A DNA stretch of 63,201 nucleotides, from positions 1-63,201 of the forward strand of contig JAHJAY010000026.1 in the NCBI GenBank assembly GCA_018813815.1, read 5' to 3'. The notes below the pieces were generated by a model that did no database searches, was not told the origin of the DNA, and worked only from the letters and a program-made list of their open reading frames with translations. Shown here piece after piece: positions 26,447 to 35,401 of this stretch; the first letter of the stretch is position 1, and every line of letters starts with the position of its first letter. The position numbers and the translations under genes were made by a program. This DNA is from Patescibacteria group bacterium (GTDB taxonomy: Bacteria > Patescibacteriota > Microgenomatia > UBA1400 > JAHJAY01).

Positions 26447-27186
26447 AAATTAAGTTTATTACTTTGAATTTTTGGAAAGGCGGCATCTTATTTAACGCGG
26501 CGATAAAGTTTATTAAACAGGAGGCGCCGGACATTTTAGTCCTACAAGAAGTGATTGATAGCCGGGATTCTCTGGCAAGGCTTAAAAAAACCCTGGTTGA
26601 GTATCGTGGGTCAGCTTTTGCACCCATGTTTTTTGACACCACTCAAACTAGGCAGGTTGAGTGGGGTAATGCAGTTTTTTCCCGATTGCCTTTACAGGTC
26701 AAAAAAACTGTTTTTTATGATATTCCCTATGGTGAATTTAAAGAAGATCAAGGTGATCAGCATGATTATTCTTTAGTGCCGCGCAATCTTCAGCAGGTGA
26801 CAGTTCAACTAGCCAGCGGACCAATTAATGTTTTTAATACTCATGGTATTTGGGGGCCGGGTAAAGGCGGCGATAATCCGCGCCGGTTGGCGATGAGCCG
26901 GACAATTATTCAACACGTTAAAGATAAATCAAGGGTAATTTTAGCCGGTGATTTTAATACCCGGTCAAGCACCAGAACCATAAAAAATATCGAAGGAGAT
27001 TTGACTAATGTTTTTAAAGATGGGCTTAAGACTTCTTTTAATATGAAGAGAAAAACTAATCCGGGTTATGGTCAAGCAGTAGTGGATTTGATCTTTGTCA
27101 GCCCGGATATTAAAGTAGTGGATCATTATTGTCCCCAGGTTGATGTTTCTGACCATTTACCCTTAGTATGTATATTGGAGGTTTAA
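26443..27186 (+). CDS. endonuclease/exonuclease/phosphatase (EEP) family protein
   Basis: LVLQEV, WGNAVFS, NTHG, LAGDFN, VSDHLPL. No signal peptide. ATGA overlap with the upstream gene. Confidence 0.85.
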   Translation: MKIKFITLNFWKGGILFNAAIKFIKQEAPDILVLQEVIDSRDSLARLKKTLVEYRGSAFAPMFFDTTQTRQVEWGNAVFSRLPLQVKKTVFYDIPYGEFKEDQGDQHDYSLVPRNLQQVTVQLASGPINVFNTHGIWGPGKGGDNPRRLAMSRTIIQHVKDKSRVILAGDFNTRSSTRTIKNIEGDLTNVFKDGLKTSFNMKRKTNPGYGQAVVDLIFVSPDIKVVDHYCPQVDVSDHLPLVCILEV

Positions 27187-27189
27187 ACA

Positions 27190-27936
27190 ATGAAATTTTC
27201 AGTTATTGTGTTTTCCAAAAACGAAGCCGACAATATTAAAGCTTGTTTAGAGTCAGCCCAGTGGGCTGAAGAAATAGTTTTAATTGATGATTATTCTCAA
27301 GATGAGACTGTTAAACTGGCTCAAGAGTTTGATAATGTTAAAGTGGTTCAGCACAGCTTAAAAGATTTTGCCTCTCAGCATAATTTTGGTATGAAACAGG
27401 CGATTGGCGATTGGCTGTTTTTTTTAGATGCCGACGAGCGGATTTCAGCTGAATTAAAAAAGCAAATTCAGGCTGTTATAAAAAATCCTCAGAAACAAGC
27501 CGCTTTTCAAGTTAACCGGATCAACATTTTTTTGGGTCAAAGAATGAAGTATGGCGGCTGGTCGCCTGACCGGCCGACCCGGTTATTTAAAACAATTAAT
27601 TTACGGGGCTGGCGGGGGATACTCCATGAGTCATCCATAGTTGACGGAGAAATTGGTTATCTTGACGGACAACTTTATCATTTTAGCCATCGGGGTTTGA
27701 GCTCAATGTTAAATAAAACTATTGCCTGGTCAAAAATGGAAGCTCAACTGCGTTTAGATGCCGGCCATCCGCCAGTAACCTGGTGGCGGGTTTTACGAAT
27801 CGGGCTAAGCGAATTTTTTAACCGACTATTAATCAAGCAGGCTTGGCGCGATGGTATGGCCGGTTGGATTGAAGTGATTTATCAATCCAACAGTTTGATG
27901 ATTACTTATCTTCGGCTTTGGGAGATACAGTCATGA
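27190..27936 (+). CDS. GT2 glycosyltransferase
   Basis: FSVIVFSKNEADNI, VLIDDYSQDET, LDADERIS. GGAGG at 27177-27181. Confidence 0.85.
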   Translation: MKFSVIVFSKNEADNIKACLESAQWAEEIVLIDDYSQDETVKLAQEFDNVKVVQHSLKDFASQHNFGMKQAIGDWLFFLDADERISAELKKQIQAVIKNPQKQAAFQVNRINIFLGQRMKYGGWSPDRPTRLFKTINLRGWRGILHESSIVDGEIGYLDGQLYHFSHRGLSSMLNKTIAWSKMEAQLRLDAGHPPVTWWRVLRIGLSEFFNRLLIKQAWRDGMAGWIEVIYQSNSLMITYLRLWEIQS

Positions 27937-28982
27937 AAAAAGCCGGTTTTTATTCACCTTATCTTGATGTTTTGGGCGGCGGCGAGTTTTATTCTCTGGG
28001 AGTGCTTGAGTGGTTATTAACTAAAGGTTATCAGGTTGATCTTTTTTGGCCGGATGAAACGATTTTAAAAAAGCTGACAGCGCGTTTTAATTTTCAGGCA
28101 AATAAAAATCTTCAGATTAAAAACTTTCCTTCTAAGCAATTAGAGCGTTTGGGACAACTAAAAAACTATGACCATTTTTTTTACATGACTGACGGCAGTT
28201 TATTTTTTTCCTCAGCCAAAAATAGCACACTACTCATTCAGTCGCCGGTTCATATGCCGGCTTTGAATTTGATAAATTGGCTAAAGCTCAAAACCTGGCA
28301 TCAGCTAATTTGCTATTCGAGTTATATGCAAAAAGCCCTGCCCAAACCTTTTAAAGCTTGTATTCAGGTGATTTACCCTCCGGTTAATAATCAAGAGTTT
28401 CAGGCAGAAAAAAAAGCCAAGATTATTCTGTCGGTTGGCCGGTTTTTTTGCCAACCAAACAATAAAAAACACCAATTTTTAATTAAAGTATTTCAGGATC
28501 TATTACCTCAAATGACGGGTTGGCAACTGATTATAGCCGGCAGTTTGTCAACTGCTGATCAGGCGCGTTTTAAGCAGCTTAAAAAAGCCGTTCAAAGTCC
28601 ATCAATTAAACTATTGCCTAATTTGAGCTTTAATGAATTAAAGGCCCTTTATGGCAAAGCAGCGATTTATTGGCATGCGGCTGGTTATGCTGAGGATTTA
28701 GTTCAATATCCGGAAAAAGCCGAGCATTTTGGTATTACCACAGTTGAAGCCATGGCCAGCGGAGCAGTGCCGGTGGTAATTGAGGCTGGCGGCCAGCCGG
28801 AAATTGTTACTCATGGTCAAAATGGTTTGCTTTGGCAAACAAAAAAAGAGTTAATAGGCCAAACACTTCAATTAATTAAATTAGATAAAAATTGGCAGCG
28901 TTTATCAAGAGCGGCTCAAAAACGAGCCCAAGATTTTTCTAAGGCAAAATTTTTCCAAAGCTTAAATGAAAAGATTATCTAA
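27933..28982 (+). CDS. GT4 (GT-B fold) glycosyltransferase
   Basis: EHFGITTVEAMASGAVPVV (EX7E region). ATG 27933 forms an ATGA overlap with the upstream stop; the track start 27918 is TTG. Confidence 0.85.
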   Translation: MKKAGFYSPYLDVLGGGEFYSLGVLEWLLTKGYQVDLFWPDETILKKLTARFNFQANKNLQIKNFPSKQLERLGQLKNYDHFFYMTDGSLFFSSAKNSTLLIQSPVHMPALNLINWLKLKTWHQLICYSSYMQKALPKPFKACIQVIYPPVNNQEFQAEKKAKIILSVGRFFCQPNNKKHQFLIKVFQDLLPQMTGWQLIIAGSLSTADQARFKQLKKAVQSPSIKLLPNLSFNELKALYGKAAIYWHAAGYAEDLVQYPEKAEHFGITTVEAMASGAVPVVIEAGGQPEIVTHGQNGLLWQTKKELIGQTLQLIKLDKNWQRLSRAAQKRAQDFSKAKFFQSLNEKII

Positions 28983-31221
28983 AAAACTTTATCAATATAG
29001 ATACTTGTTTATTTTGGGATTAGCTGTAGTTATATTTTTTTATCCGGTTATTAAAGGTAAATATCCGATTCCGGCTGATGCGCTGTTAGGCATGTATCAT
29101 CCTTGGCGAGACCAGGCCTGGGATGGGTTTGTTCGTTTTCCCTTTAAAAACTTTTTAATTACTGATCCGGTTAGGCAGATTTATCCGTATAAACAATTAG
29201 TAATTAATCAATGGAAAGCCGGTCAGGTGCCCAGCTGGAATCCTTATATTTTAGCTGGAATGCCATTGGCCGCCAGTTGGCAGGCAGGAGCATTTTATCC
29301 GTTTAATTTAGTCTTTTTAGTTTTGCCCTTTAAGCTGGCCTGGACAGTATTTATTGGTTTGCAGCCGTTTTTAGCGGCACTTTTTATGTTTTTTTATCTT
29401 AAAAACCAGCGATTTAAGCAATTAAATTGCTGGTTAATTGCTTTAAGTTGGGCATTTTCCGGTTTTATGATGGCTTGGTTAACTTGGGGAAACATTGGCC
29501 ATACGGCGCTTTGGCTGCCATTAATTTTGCTATCAATTGATAAAAAGCGATATTCGGTTTTTATCTTTGCTCTTGCTTCGGCTATTTTAGCCGGTCATAC
29601 TCAAGTAGCCTTTTATGTGAGTATTTTTAGTATTCTTTATCTTGGATTTAATGTTTTCGTAAAAAAAATTAGCTCAAAAACATTAATCCGGTTTGTTTTA
29701 TCAGGACTAATAGTTGCTTGTCTTACTTTGCCTCAGTGGGGGCCGAGTCTTAAGCTGGCTCAGCTTTCCGGTCGACAAAGTGATTTACCCAACAAAGGTA
29801 AGCTTGACTGGTTTTTGCCAGGGGTGCATTTAACACAGTTAATCGCTCCGGACTTTTTTGGCAATCCGGCAACTCAGAATTATTGGGGGGTGTGGAATTA
29901 TGCCGAATTTGTCAGCTATATTGGTATTGCCGGATTATTATTGGCGATTTACGGTTTATTTTTTAGTCAGGATAAAAATCGGCATTTTTTTAGCTTAACT
30001 GCTTTATTGACTTTAATTTTGGCGACCAGTAATCCAATTAGCCGATTGTTTTTAAATGTCCCCTTTGTAGGCACTTTTCAGCCTTCCCGTTTTGTTTATC
30101 TTTTGGATTTTTCATTGTTGCTTCTGGCTGGCTATGGTTTTCAGGCCTTTTTGACAAAAGGTTCTGTTAAAAAATTATTTCCGTTTAAGTTAGTGTTTAG
30201 CGGGATTATTTGCTGTTTATTGTTTGTTTTAGCCTTTTTCTTAACTCTAAAACCCGGCATTTTCCAAGCCTTAAACCTAGAGCCAAACTTTCTTGTGTCG
30301 CGCCGAAACTTAGTTCTGCCAACTGGTTTGCTCTTGGCTGTGTTAGCGGCGCTTTTTGCTTATCAATTAACTAAAAAACGCTTTATTTTGGTTGGTTTAA
30401 TGTTTTTGGTTGTGTTTGATTTATTCCGCTTTACCCATAAATTCACTCCTTTTGTTAGGGCAGAGTTAATTTTTCCCCAAACTAAAACTTTAGATTTTCT
30501 CCAACAGCAAACTGTAAATTACCCTTGGCGAGTGGCTGGCGTCGACTATTTAACTAATCAGAAAAGGATTTTTGCTCCCAATCTCAATATGCCTTATAAG
30601 TTGGCCACTCCGGACGGTTATGAACCGCTTTATTTAAAACGCTATGGTGAATTTATTGGTTTGTTAGAGTGGGGTGATCAAGTTAATTTGGCTAACCTAG
30701 CCTTTAATCGGATTATTATCCCCAATAATTATAATTCTCGTTTATTTGATTTGCTTGGGGTGAAGTATATTTTAAGCTTACAAGATATTGACTCACCTAA
30801 GCTTAAGCCTATTTCTCAGGCAGGCGAAACCCGGATTTATGAAAATACCCAGTCTTTCCCTCGGGCATTTTTGGTTTACGATTATCAGGTGGCTGATAGC
30901 AAGCAAGCGGCAGCCGAGTTTTTATTAGATGAAAATATTGATTTGCGTAAAACAGTGATTTTAGAACAAAATCCGGGTTTACAATTAGAGATGCCGGCTG
31001 AAGAGAAGTTGGAAATTGTCAGCTATAAAGCCAATCAGGTGCTGATTAAAACCGAAAGCGAAACTAAGGCGCTACTGATTTTAACTGACAGTTATTATCC
31101 TACCTGGCAGGCTTTAATTGATGGTCAGACAACCGAAATCTTTATGGCTGATTATACTTTCCGGGCTGTAGTTGTGCCCGCAGGCAGCCATGAGATAGAA
31201 TTTAAAAATCAATTATTTTAG
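28966..31221 (+). CDS. YfhO-family polytopic membrane protein (GT-C candidate)
   Basis: 751 aa with many TM segments. C-terminal extracytoplasmic domain with SYYPTWQALIDGQ. Confidence 0.72.
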   Translation: MKRLSKKLYQYRYLFILGLAVVIFFYPVIKGKYPIPADALLGMYHPWRDQAWDGFVRFPFKNFLITDPVRQIYPYKQLVINQWKAGQVPSWNPYILAGMPLAASWQAGAFYPFNLVFLVLPFKLAWTVFIGLQPFLAALFMFFYLKNQRFKQLNCWLIALSWAFSGFMMAWLTWGNIGHTALWLPLILLSIDKKRYSVFIFALASAILAGHTQVAFYVSIFSILYLGFNVFVKKISSKTLIRFVLSGLIVACLTLPQWGPSLKLAQLSGRQSDLPNKGKLDWFLPGVHLTQLIAPDFFGNPATQNYWGVWNYAEFVSYIGIAGLLLAIYGLFFSQDKNRHFFSLTALLTLILATSNPISRLFLNVPFVGTFQPSRFVYLLDFSLLLLAGYGFQAFLTKGSVKKLFPFKLVFSGIICCLLFVLAFFLTLKPGIFQALNLEPNFLVSRRNLVLPTGLLLAVLAALFAYQLTKKRFILVGLMFLVVFDLFRFTHKFTPFVRAELIFPQTKTLDFLQQQTVNYPWRVAGVDYLTNQKRIFAPNLNMPYKLATPDGYEPLYLKRYGEFIGLLEWGDQVNLANLAFNRIIIPNNYNSRLFDLLGVKYILSLQDIDSPKLKPISQAGETRIYENTQSFPRAFLVYDYQVADSKQAAAEFLLDENIDLRKTVILEQNPGLQLEMPAEEKLEIVSYKANQVLIKTESETKALLILTDSYYPTWQALIDGQTTEIFMADYTFRAVVVPAGSHEIEFKNQLF

Positions 31222-31231
31222 TTTTAAAATT

Positions 31232-32137
31232 ATGAAGATTAGTATAATTATTCCCAACTACAACGGCGTTGCAGTTTTGGCCAAGAATTTGCCTCAAGTT
31301 ATTAAACAAGCTGAAAGCGCGGAAATAATTGTGGTTGATGATGCTTCCACTGATAAAAGCGTCAGTTTAATTAAAAACAAATTTCCTCAAATCAAGCTAG
31401 TTGTTAAAAAAACTAACACTGGTTTTGCCGCTAGTTGTAATTTAGGAGTAAAAAAATCCAAGGGTGAGATAATAATTTTACTTAATCATGATGCTTGTCC
31501 CAAAAAAGACTGGTTAAAACCTTTATTATCACATTTTAAAGATTCTCAAGTGTTTGCGGTGGGTTGTTTAGAGGAAGATGATGGGATTGAGCGGGGTCGG
31601 GGAGTCGCTAGTTTTAAGCGTGGCTGGTTAGTTCATAGCCGCGGTGAAGTTGATCAGACTAACACTCTTTGGGTTTCCGGCGGCAGTGGCGCTTTTCGTA
31701 AAAGCTTATGGCAAAAATTAGGTGGCTTTGATCTGCTGTATGCGCCGTTTTATTGGGAAGACATTGATTTATCATATCGGGCGCTTAAAGCCGGTTATCA
31801 ATTAGTTTTTGAATCACAAAGCCGGGTGGTTCATCATCACATCCGGGGTGCAATCCGCCAACATCACTCACCAACTTATATAAAAACAATCGCCTACAGT
31901 AATCAATTTTTGTTTTTTTGGAAAAATATAACCGATCCCCGGTTAATTGCTGCCCATTTTTTATGGATGCCTTACCATTTTATTTCTGCCGCATTGCGCC
32001 GAGATTGGCCGTTTTTTAAAGGCTTTTTCCTGGCTTTATTAAAATTGCCAGCCGTTTTCCGGCAGAAACAAAAAGCAACTCAGTTTAGTCAACTCAAAGA
32101 TCATCAGGTTATTGCCCCATTTAAGAATGAAATTTAA
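31232..32137 (+). CDS. GT2 glycosyltransferase (paralog of 25550)
   Basis: ISIIIPNYNG, IIVVDDASTDKS, ILLNHDA, YWEDIDLSYRA. Confidence 0.85.
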   Translation: MKISIIIPNYNGVAVLAKNLPQVIKQAESAEIIVVDDASTDKSVSLIKNKFPQIKLVVKKTNTGFAASCNLGVKKSKGEIIILLNHDACPKKDWLKPLLSHFKDSQVFAVGCLEEDDGIERGRGVASFKRGWLVHSRGEVDQTNTLWVSGGSGAFRKSLWQKLGGFDLLYAPFYWEDIDLSYRALKAGYQLVFESQSRVVHHHIRGAIRQHHSPTYIKTIAYSNQFLFFWKNITDPRLIAAHFLWMPYHFISAALRRDWPFFKGFFLALLKLPAVFRQKQKATQFSQLKDHQVIAPFKNEI

Positions 32138-33809
32138 ATTAAATATTCAAATTATATTGCTGACTTTAATTGTTTTGCTGGCGGGTGTTCTCCGTTTTTA
32201 CAAGCTTGGTCAAGTGCCGGCCGGCATGGAGTGGGATGAGTTGGCAATTGGCTATGATGCTTATTCAATTTTAAAAACCGGTCGGGATCAATTTGGCCAG
32301 CGGTTGCCGATCACCTTTCGTTCCCTGGATGATTATAAGCCGCCTCTTTATGAATATTTAGCTGTTTTACCAATTGCCATTTTTGGTTTAACTGCTTTTG
32401 CCACCCGTTTTCCTTCAGCTTTTTTTGGCACGCTTTCAGTGTTGGTTTGCTATTTATTAGTCAACGAGCTTTTCCCTTCTTCGCTAAAGCTGCGCAAGGG
32501 CAAGGTGGGCACGGGGAATCTAGTTGCTTTGATTGCCGCTTTTCTTTTTGCCATCTCTCCCTGGCATTTACAATTTTCTCGGGCCGCTTTTGAAGTTAAT
32601 TTGTCGGTTTTTCTGGTTATAATGGCAGTTTGGAGTTTTTTAAAAGGTTTACAAAATAGCCGATTTTTTCATATAACTGCAATATTTGCCGGCTTAGGTT
32701 TATTTTCTTACCACAGCACCCGGGTAGTTCTGCCGTTGTTAATGTTATTTTTAACCTTTGCTTTTTGGAAAAAATTGCCCCAGTTAAAAAAATTGGCCGG
32801 TCCATTAATAATTTTTGCGATTTTTTTCTTGCCGTTTTTAATGATTGCTTTTTCTGCAGAAACTCAGATGCGTTTAAAAGTAACCGGTTTAAACAACCTA
32901 TTTAATCAATGGCGAACTTTAAAAGATGTGGAAAAAGATGCTGCAGTAGATAGGGTTACGCTTTCAGATTGGCGTTTTCGGATTTTTCATGGTCAAAAAG
33001 CGATTTTGGCTCGGACAATAATTGATAATTATGTTTCCCATTTTGATCCGGGATTTTTGTTTAGCCACGCTGATGTGGTTTTACATCACGCCCCGGGTTT
33101 TGGCTTGCTTTATCGATCTGAATTGCCATTTTTAGTAATTGGGCTGATTAGTTTTTTTAAAAAATATAATCAGCCAAAAAGTCGAGTATTGCCTTTTTGG
33201 TTTTTCATCGCTCCTTTGCCGGCGGCAATAACTATGCAAGTGCCTCATGCGGTTCGGACTGAGCTTTTTTTGCCCACTTTTCAGGTTTTTACTGCTTTGG
33301 GCTTGGTTGAAGTTTTTGTCTGGTTCAAGAAAAAAATCAAATGGTTGGTGATTCCGGTGCTGATTTTGGCTGGAATATTTTTAGCCTATGATGTGGCCAC
33401 CTATTTACACCAATATTATGTTCATACCGATTATGAGGTTGGTAAATACTGGCTTTGTGGTAGGGAAGAAGCGGCTAAATTTACCGAATCAGTTAAAGAT
33501 GACTATGATCAAGTAATTGTTTCTACCAACCTGGAAATGCCTCATGTTGCCTGGTTATTTTACCTTAAATATAATCCGCATAAATATTTGGCCGAAGGCG
33601 GGACTGTGTCCGGCGGTTGGGCGGAATATGAAAATCATTTTGACAAATATCGCTTTGATTTGATTGATCGCCAAGAGGGCTGGAAAAAAGAAAAAAACAC
33701 TTTGTTTGTTGATATTGCCGGTAAACTGCCCGACCATGTCCAAGCTTTAAAAAATATCTACTTTCCTAGTGGGGAAAAAGGGATTGTTGCCTGGGAGTCA
33801 ATTGAATGA
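32127..33809 (+). CDS. PMT_2/ArnT-like GT-C glycosyltransferase candidate (series A, copy 1)
   Basis: MEWDELAIGYDAYSILKTGRDQFG, DDYKPPLY, AISPWHLQFSRAAFE, VPHAVRT. ATG 32127 preferred over TTG 32112. Confidence 0.8.
   Translation: MKFKLNIQIILLTLIVLLAGVLRFYKLGQVPAGMEWDELAIGYDAYSILKTGRDQFGQRLPITFRSLDDYKPPLYEYLAVLPIAIFGLTAFATRFPSAFFGTLSVLVCYLLVNELFPSSLKLRKGKVGTGNLVALIAAFLFAISPWHLQFSRAAFEVNLSVFLVIMAVWSFLKGLQNSRFFHITAIFAGLGLFSYHSTRVVLPLLMLFLTFAFWKKLPQLKKLAGPLIIFAIFFLPFLMIAFSAETQMRLKVTGLNNLFNQWRTLKDVEKDAAVDRVTLSDWRFRIFHGQKAILARTIIDNYVSHFDPGFLFSHADVVLHHAPGFGLLYRSELPFLVIGLISFFKKYNQPKSRVLPFWFFIAPLPAAITMQVPHAVRTELFLPTFQVFTALGLVEVFVWFKKKIKWLVIPVLILAGIFLAYDVATYLHQYYVHTDYEVGKYWLCGREEAAKFTESVKDDYDQVIVSTNLEMPHVAWLFYLKYNPHKYLAEGGTVSGGWAEYENHFDKYRFDLIDRQEGWKKEKNTLFVDIAGKLPDHVQALKNIYFPSGEKGIVAWESIE
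32470..32520 (+). repeat. short nucleotide-conserved insertion (FPSSLKLRKGK...) shared with 38705-38755
   Basis: The 22-nt run ttttcccttcttcgctaaagct is identical at 32470-32491 and 38705-38726. The insertion is absent from the other two series-A paralogs. Confidence 0.6.
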
Positions 33810-35401
33810 AGATAAACAAAAAGACGTGGCCAATTTTAATTGTTTTAATTTTGGCTGCTATTTTAAGACTTTTTAAGTTGACCCAAGTGCCGCCGGGTTT
33901 TTGGTTTGATGAATCTTCTTTTGCTTATTCAGCCTATTCAATCCTTAAAACCGGCAGGGATGAATTCGGTCAAGCCCTTCCTTTATTATTTCAATCATTT
34001 GGCCAATATAATGCTCCGCTTTTCTTTTACTATTTGGTTCCTTTTATGGCTATTTTTGGACTTAATATTTGGGCTGTTCGATTGGCTTCAGCAGTTTTAG
34101 GCGTGGTTACGGTTTATGGTATTTTTCTTTTAGGCCGAGAATTAATTAATCGGCGAGTTGGCCTATTGGCGGCTTTTGTTTTTGCCATTTCGCCTTTTGC
34201 TTTACAGTTTAATCGCATGATGCATGAGAACAATCTTTTGGCCGTTTTGATAGTTTTTGGGATTTATTTTTTACTCAAAGGTTTTAAAAAACCAAAATAT
34301 TTATTTCTAACTGCTTTGTTATTTAGTTTGACTTTTTATACTTATCTGGCGGCCCGGATTTTTACTCCCCTGTTTTTAATTTTTGTTTATTGGCTTTTTA
34401 GAGACAGGATTAAACTAGCTAATAAACGTTTTCTTCAGCCGCTAATTGTAGCCCTGCTTTTATTATTGCCCTTTATTTGGTCTTTAAAAGAGCAAGAGGC
34501 CTGGCAGCGAACCGGCGGCACCAGTATTTTTGGTGATGTGGGCATTATTTTAAGAATTAATGAACAGCGGGGGAAGTACGGCATTGATAGTTTTTTAGGC
34601 CGGGCATTACACAATAAGTTGATCGGTTATACGCAGGCTTTTTTGAGCAATTATTTAAGTCATTGGACGCCTGATTTCTGGTTATTTAATGGCGATCCGG
34701 TTAAAATTTATAAAACTCCAAACATTGGTTTGATTTTATTTTGGGAACTGCCGTTTTTTATTATTGGCATAAGTCAATTATTTAAAAGCAAAAAGGGCCG
34801 CTTAGTGTTTGGCTGGTTGTCTTTGGCTTTTGTGCCGGCGGCTTTAACTCGGTTTGTGCCTTCAGCCAGCCGGTCTTTTATGGCCGCTCCGGCCATAGCT
34901 TTGGTTTCCGGTTTGGGCTTAAATCAGGCCTGGGATAAATTAAATAAAAAGAAGTTTTTGCTTGTTATTTTTTACTTGCTGCTTGGTACTAACCTTATTT
35001 ATTATGCTTATCAATATTATTTTAATTTGAATCAACATTATAGTTATCAATGGCGCAAGGGTATTCAAGAAACAATAGGGGCGATAGCTAAAGTTGAACA
35101 GCTGTATCCCAAAATCGTGGTTGATCAGGAAAGCATTAATTATATTAGCGTGCTGTTCTTTCTTAAATATCCGCCCGCAGAAGTTCAACAAGAAGCTAAG
35201 TTAATTAATCGGGACGAGTTTGGTTTTTCTTATATACCGAAAATCGGCCGTTATTATTTTACCCGCAATATGCCTCAAGATTTGGAAAGTGGCGTGCTTT
35301 ATGCTGGCTTGTGTCAGGATTTGGAAAAAGATGCAGAGCTGATAGAAAAAATACCCATTAATGAAACTCAGTCATTTTGTTTAGTGGCCGCTCAATCATG
35401 A
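33806..35401 (+). CDS. PMT_2/ArnT-like GT-C glycosyltransferase candidate (series A, copy 2, most divergent)
   Basis: FWFDESSFAYSAYSILKTGRDEFG, AISPFALQFNR. ATGA overlap with the upstream gene. Confidence 0.75.
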   Translation: MKINKKTWPILIVLILAAILRLFKLTQVPPGFWFDESSFAYSAYSILKTGRDEFGQALPLLFQSFGQYNAPLFFYYLVPFMAIFGLNIWAVRLASAVLGVVTVYGIFLLGRELINRRVGLLAAFVFAISPFALQFNRMMHENNLLAVLIVFGIYFLLKGFKKPKYLFLTALLFSLTFYTYLAARIFTPLFLIFVYWLFRDRIKLANKRFLQPLIVALLLLLPFIWSLKEQEAWQRTGGTSIFGDVGIILRINEQRGKYGIDSFLGRALHNKLIGYTQAFLSNYLSHWTPDFWLFNGDPVKIYKTPNIGLILFWELPFFIIGISQLFKSKKGRLVFGWLSLAFVPAALTRFVPSASRSFMAAPAIALVSGLGLNQAWDKLNKKKFLLVIFYLLLGTNLIYYAYQYYFNLNQHYSYQWRKGIQETIGAIAKVEQLYPKIVVDQESINYISVLFFLKYPPAEVQQEAKLINRDEFGFSYIPKIGRYYFTRNMPQDLESGVLYAGLCQDLEKDAELIEKIPINETQSFCLVAAQS

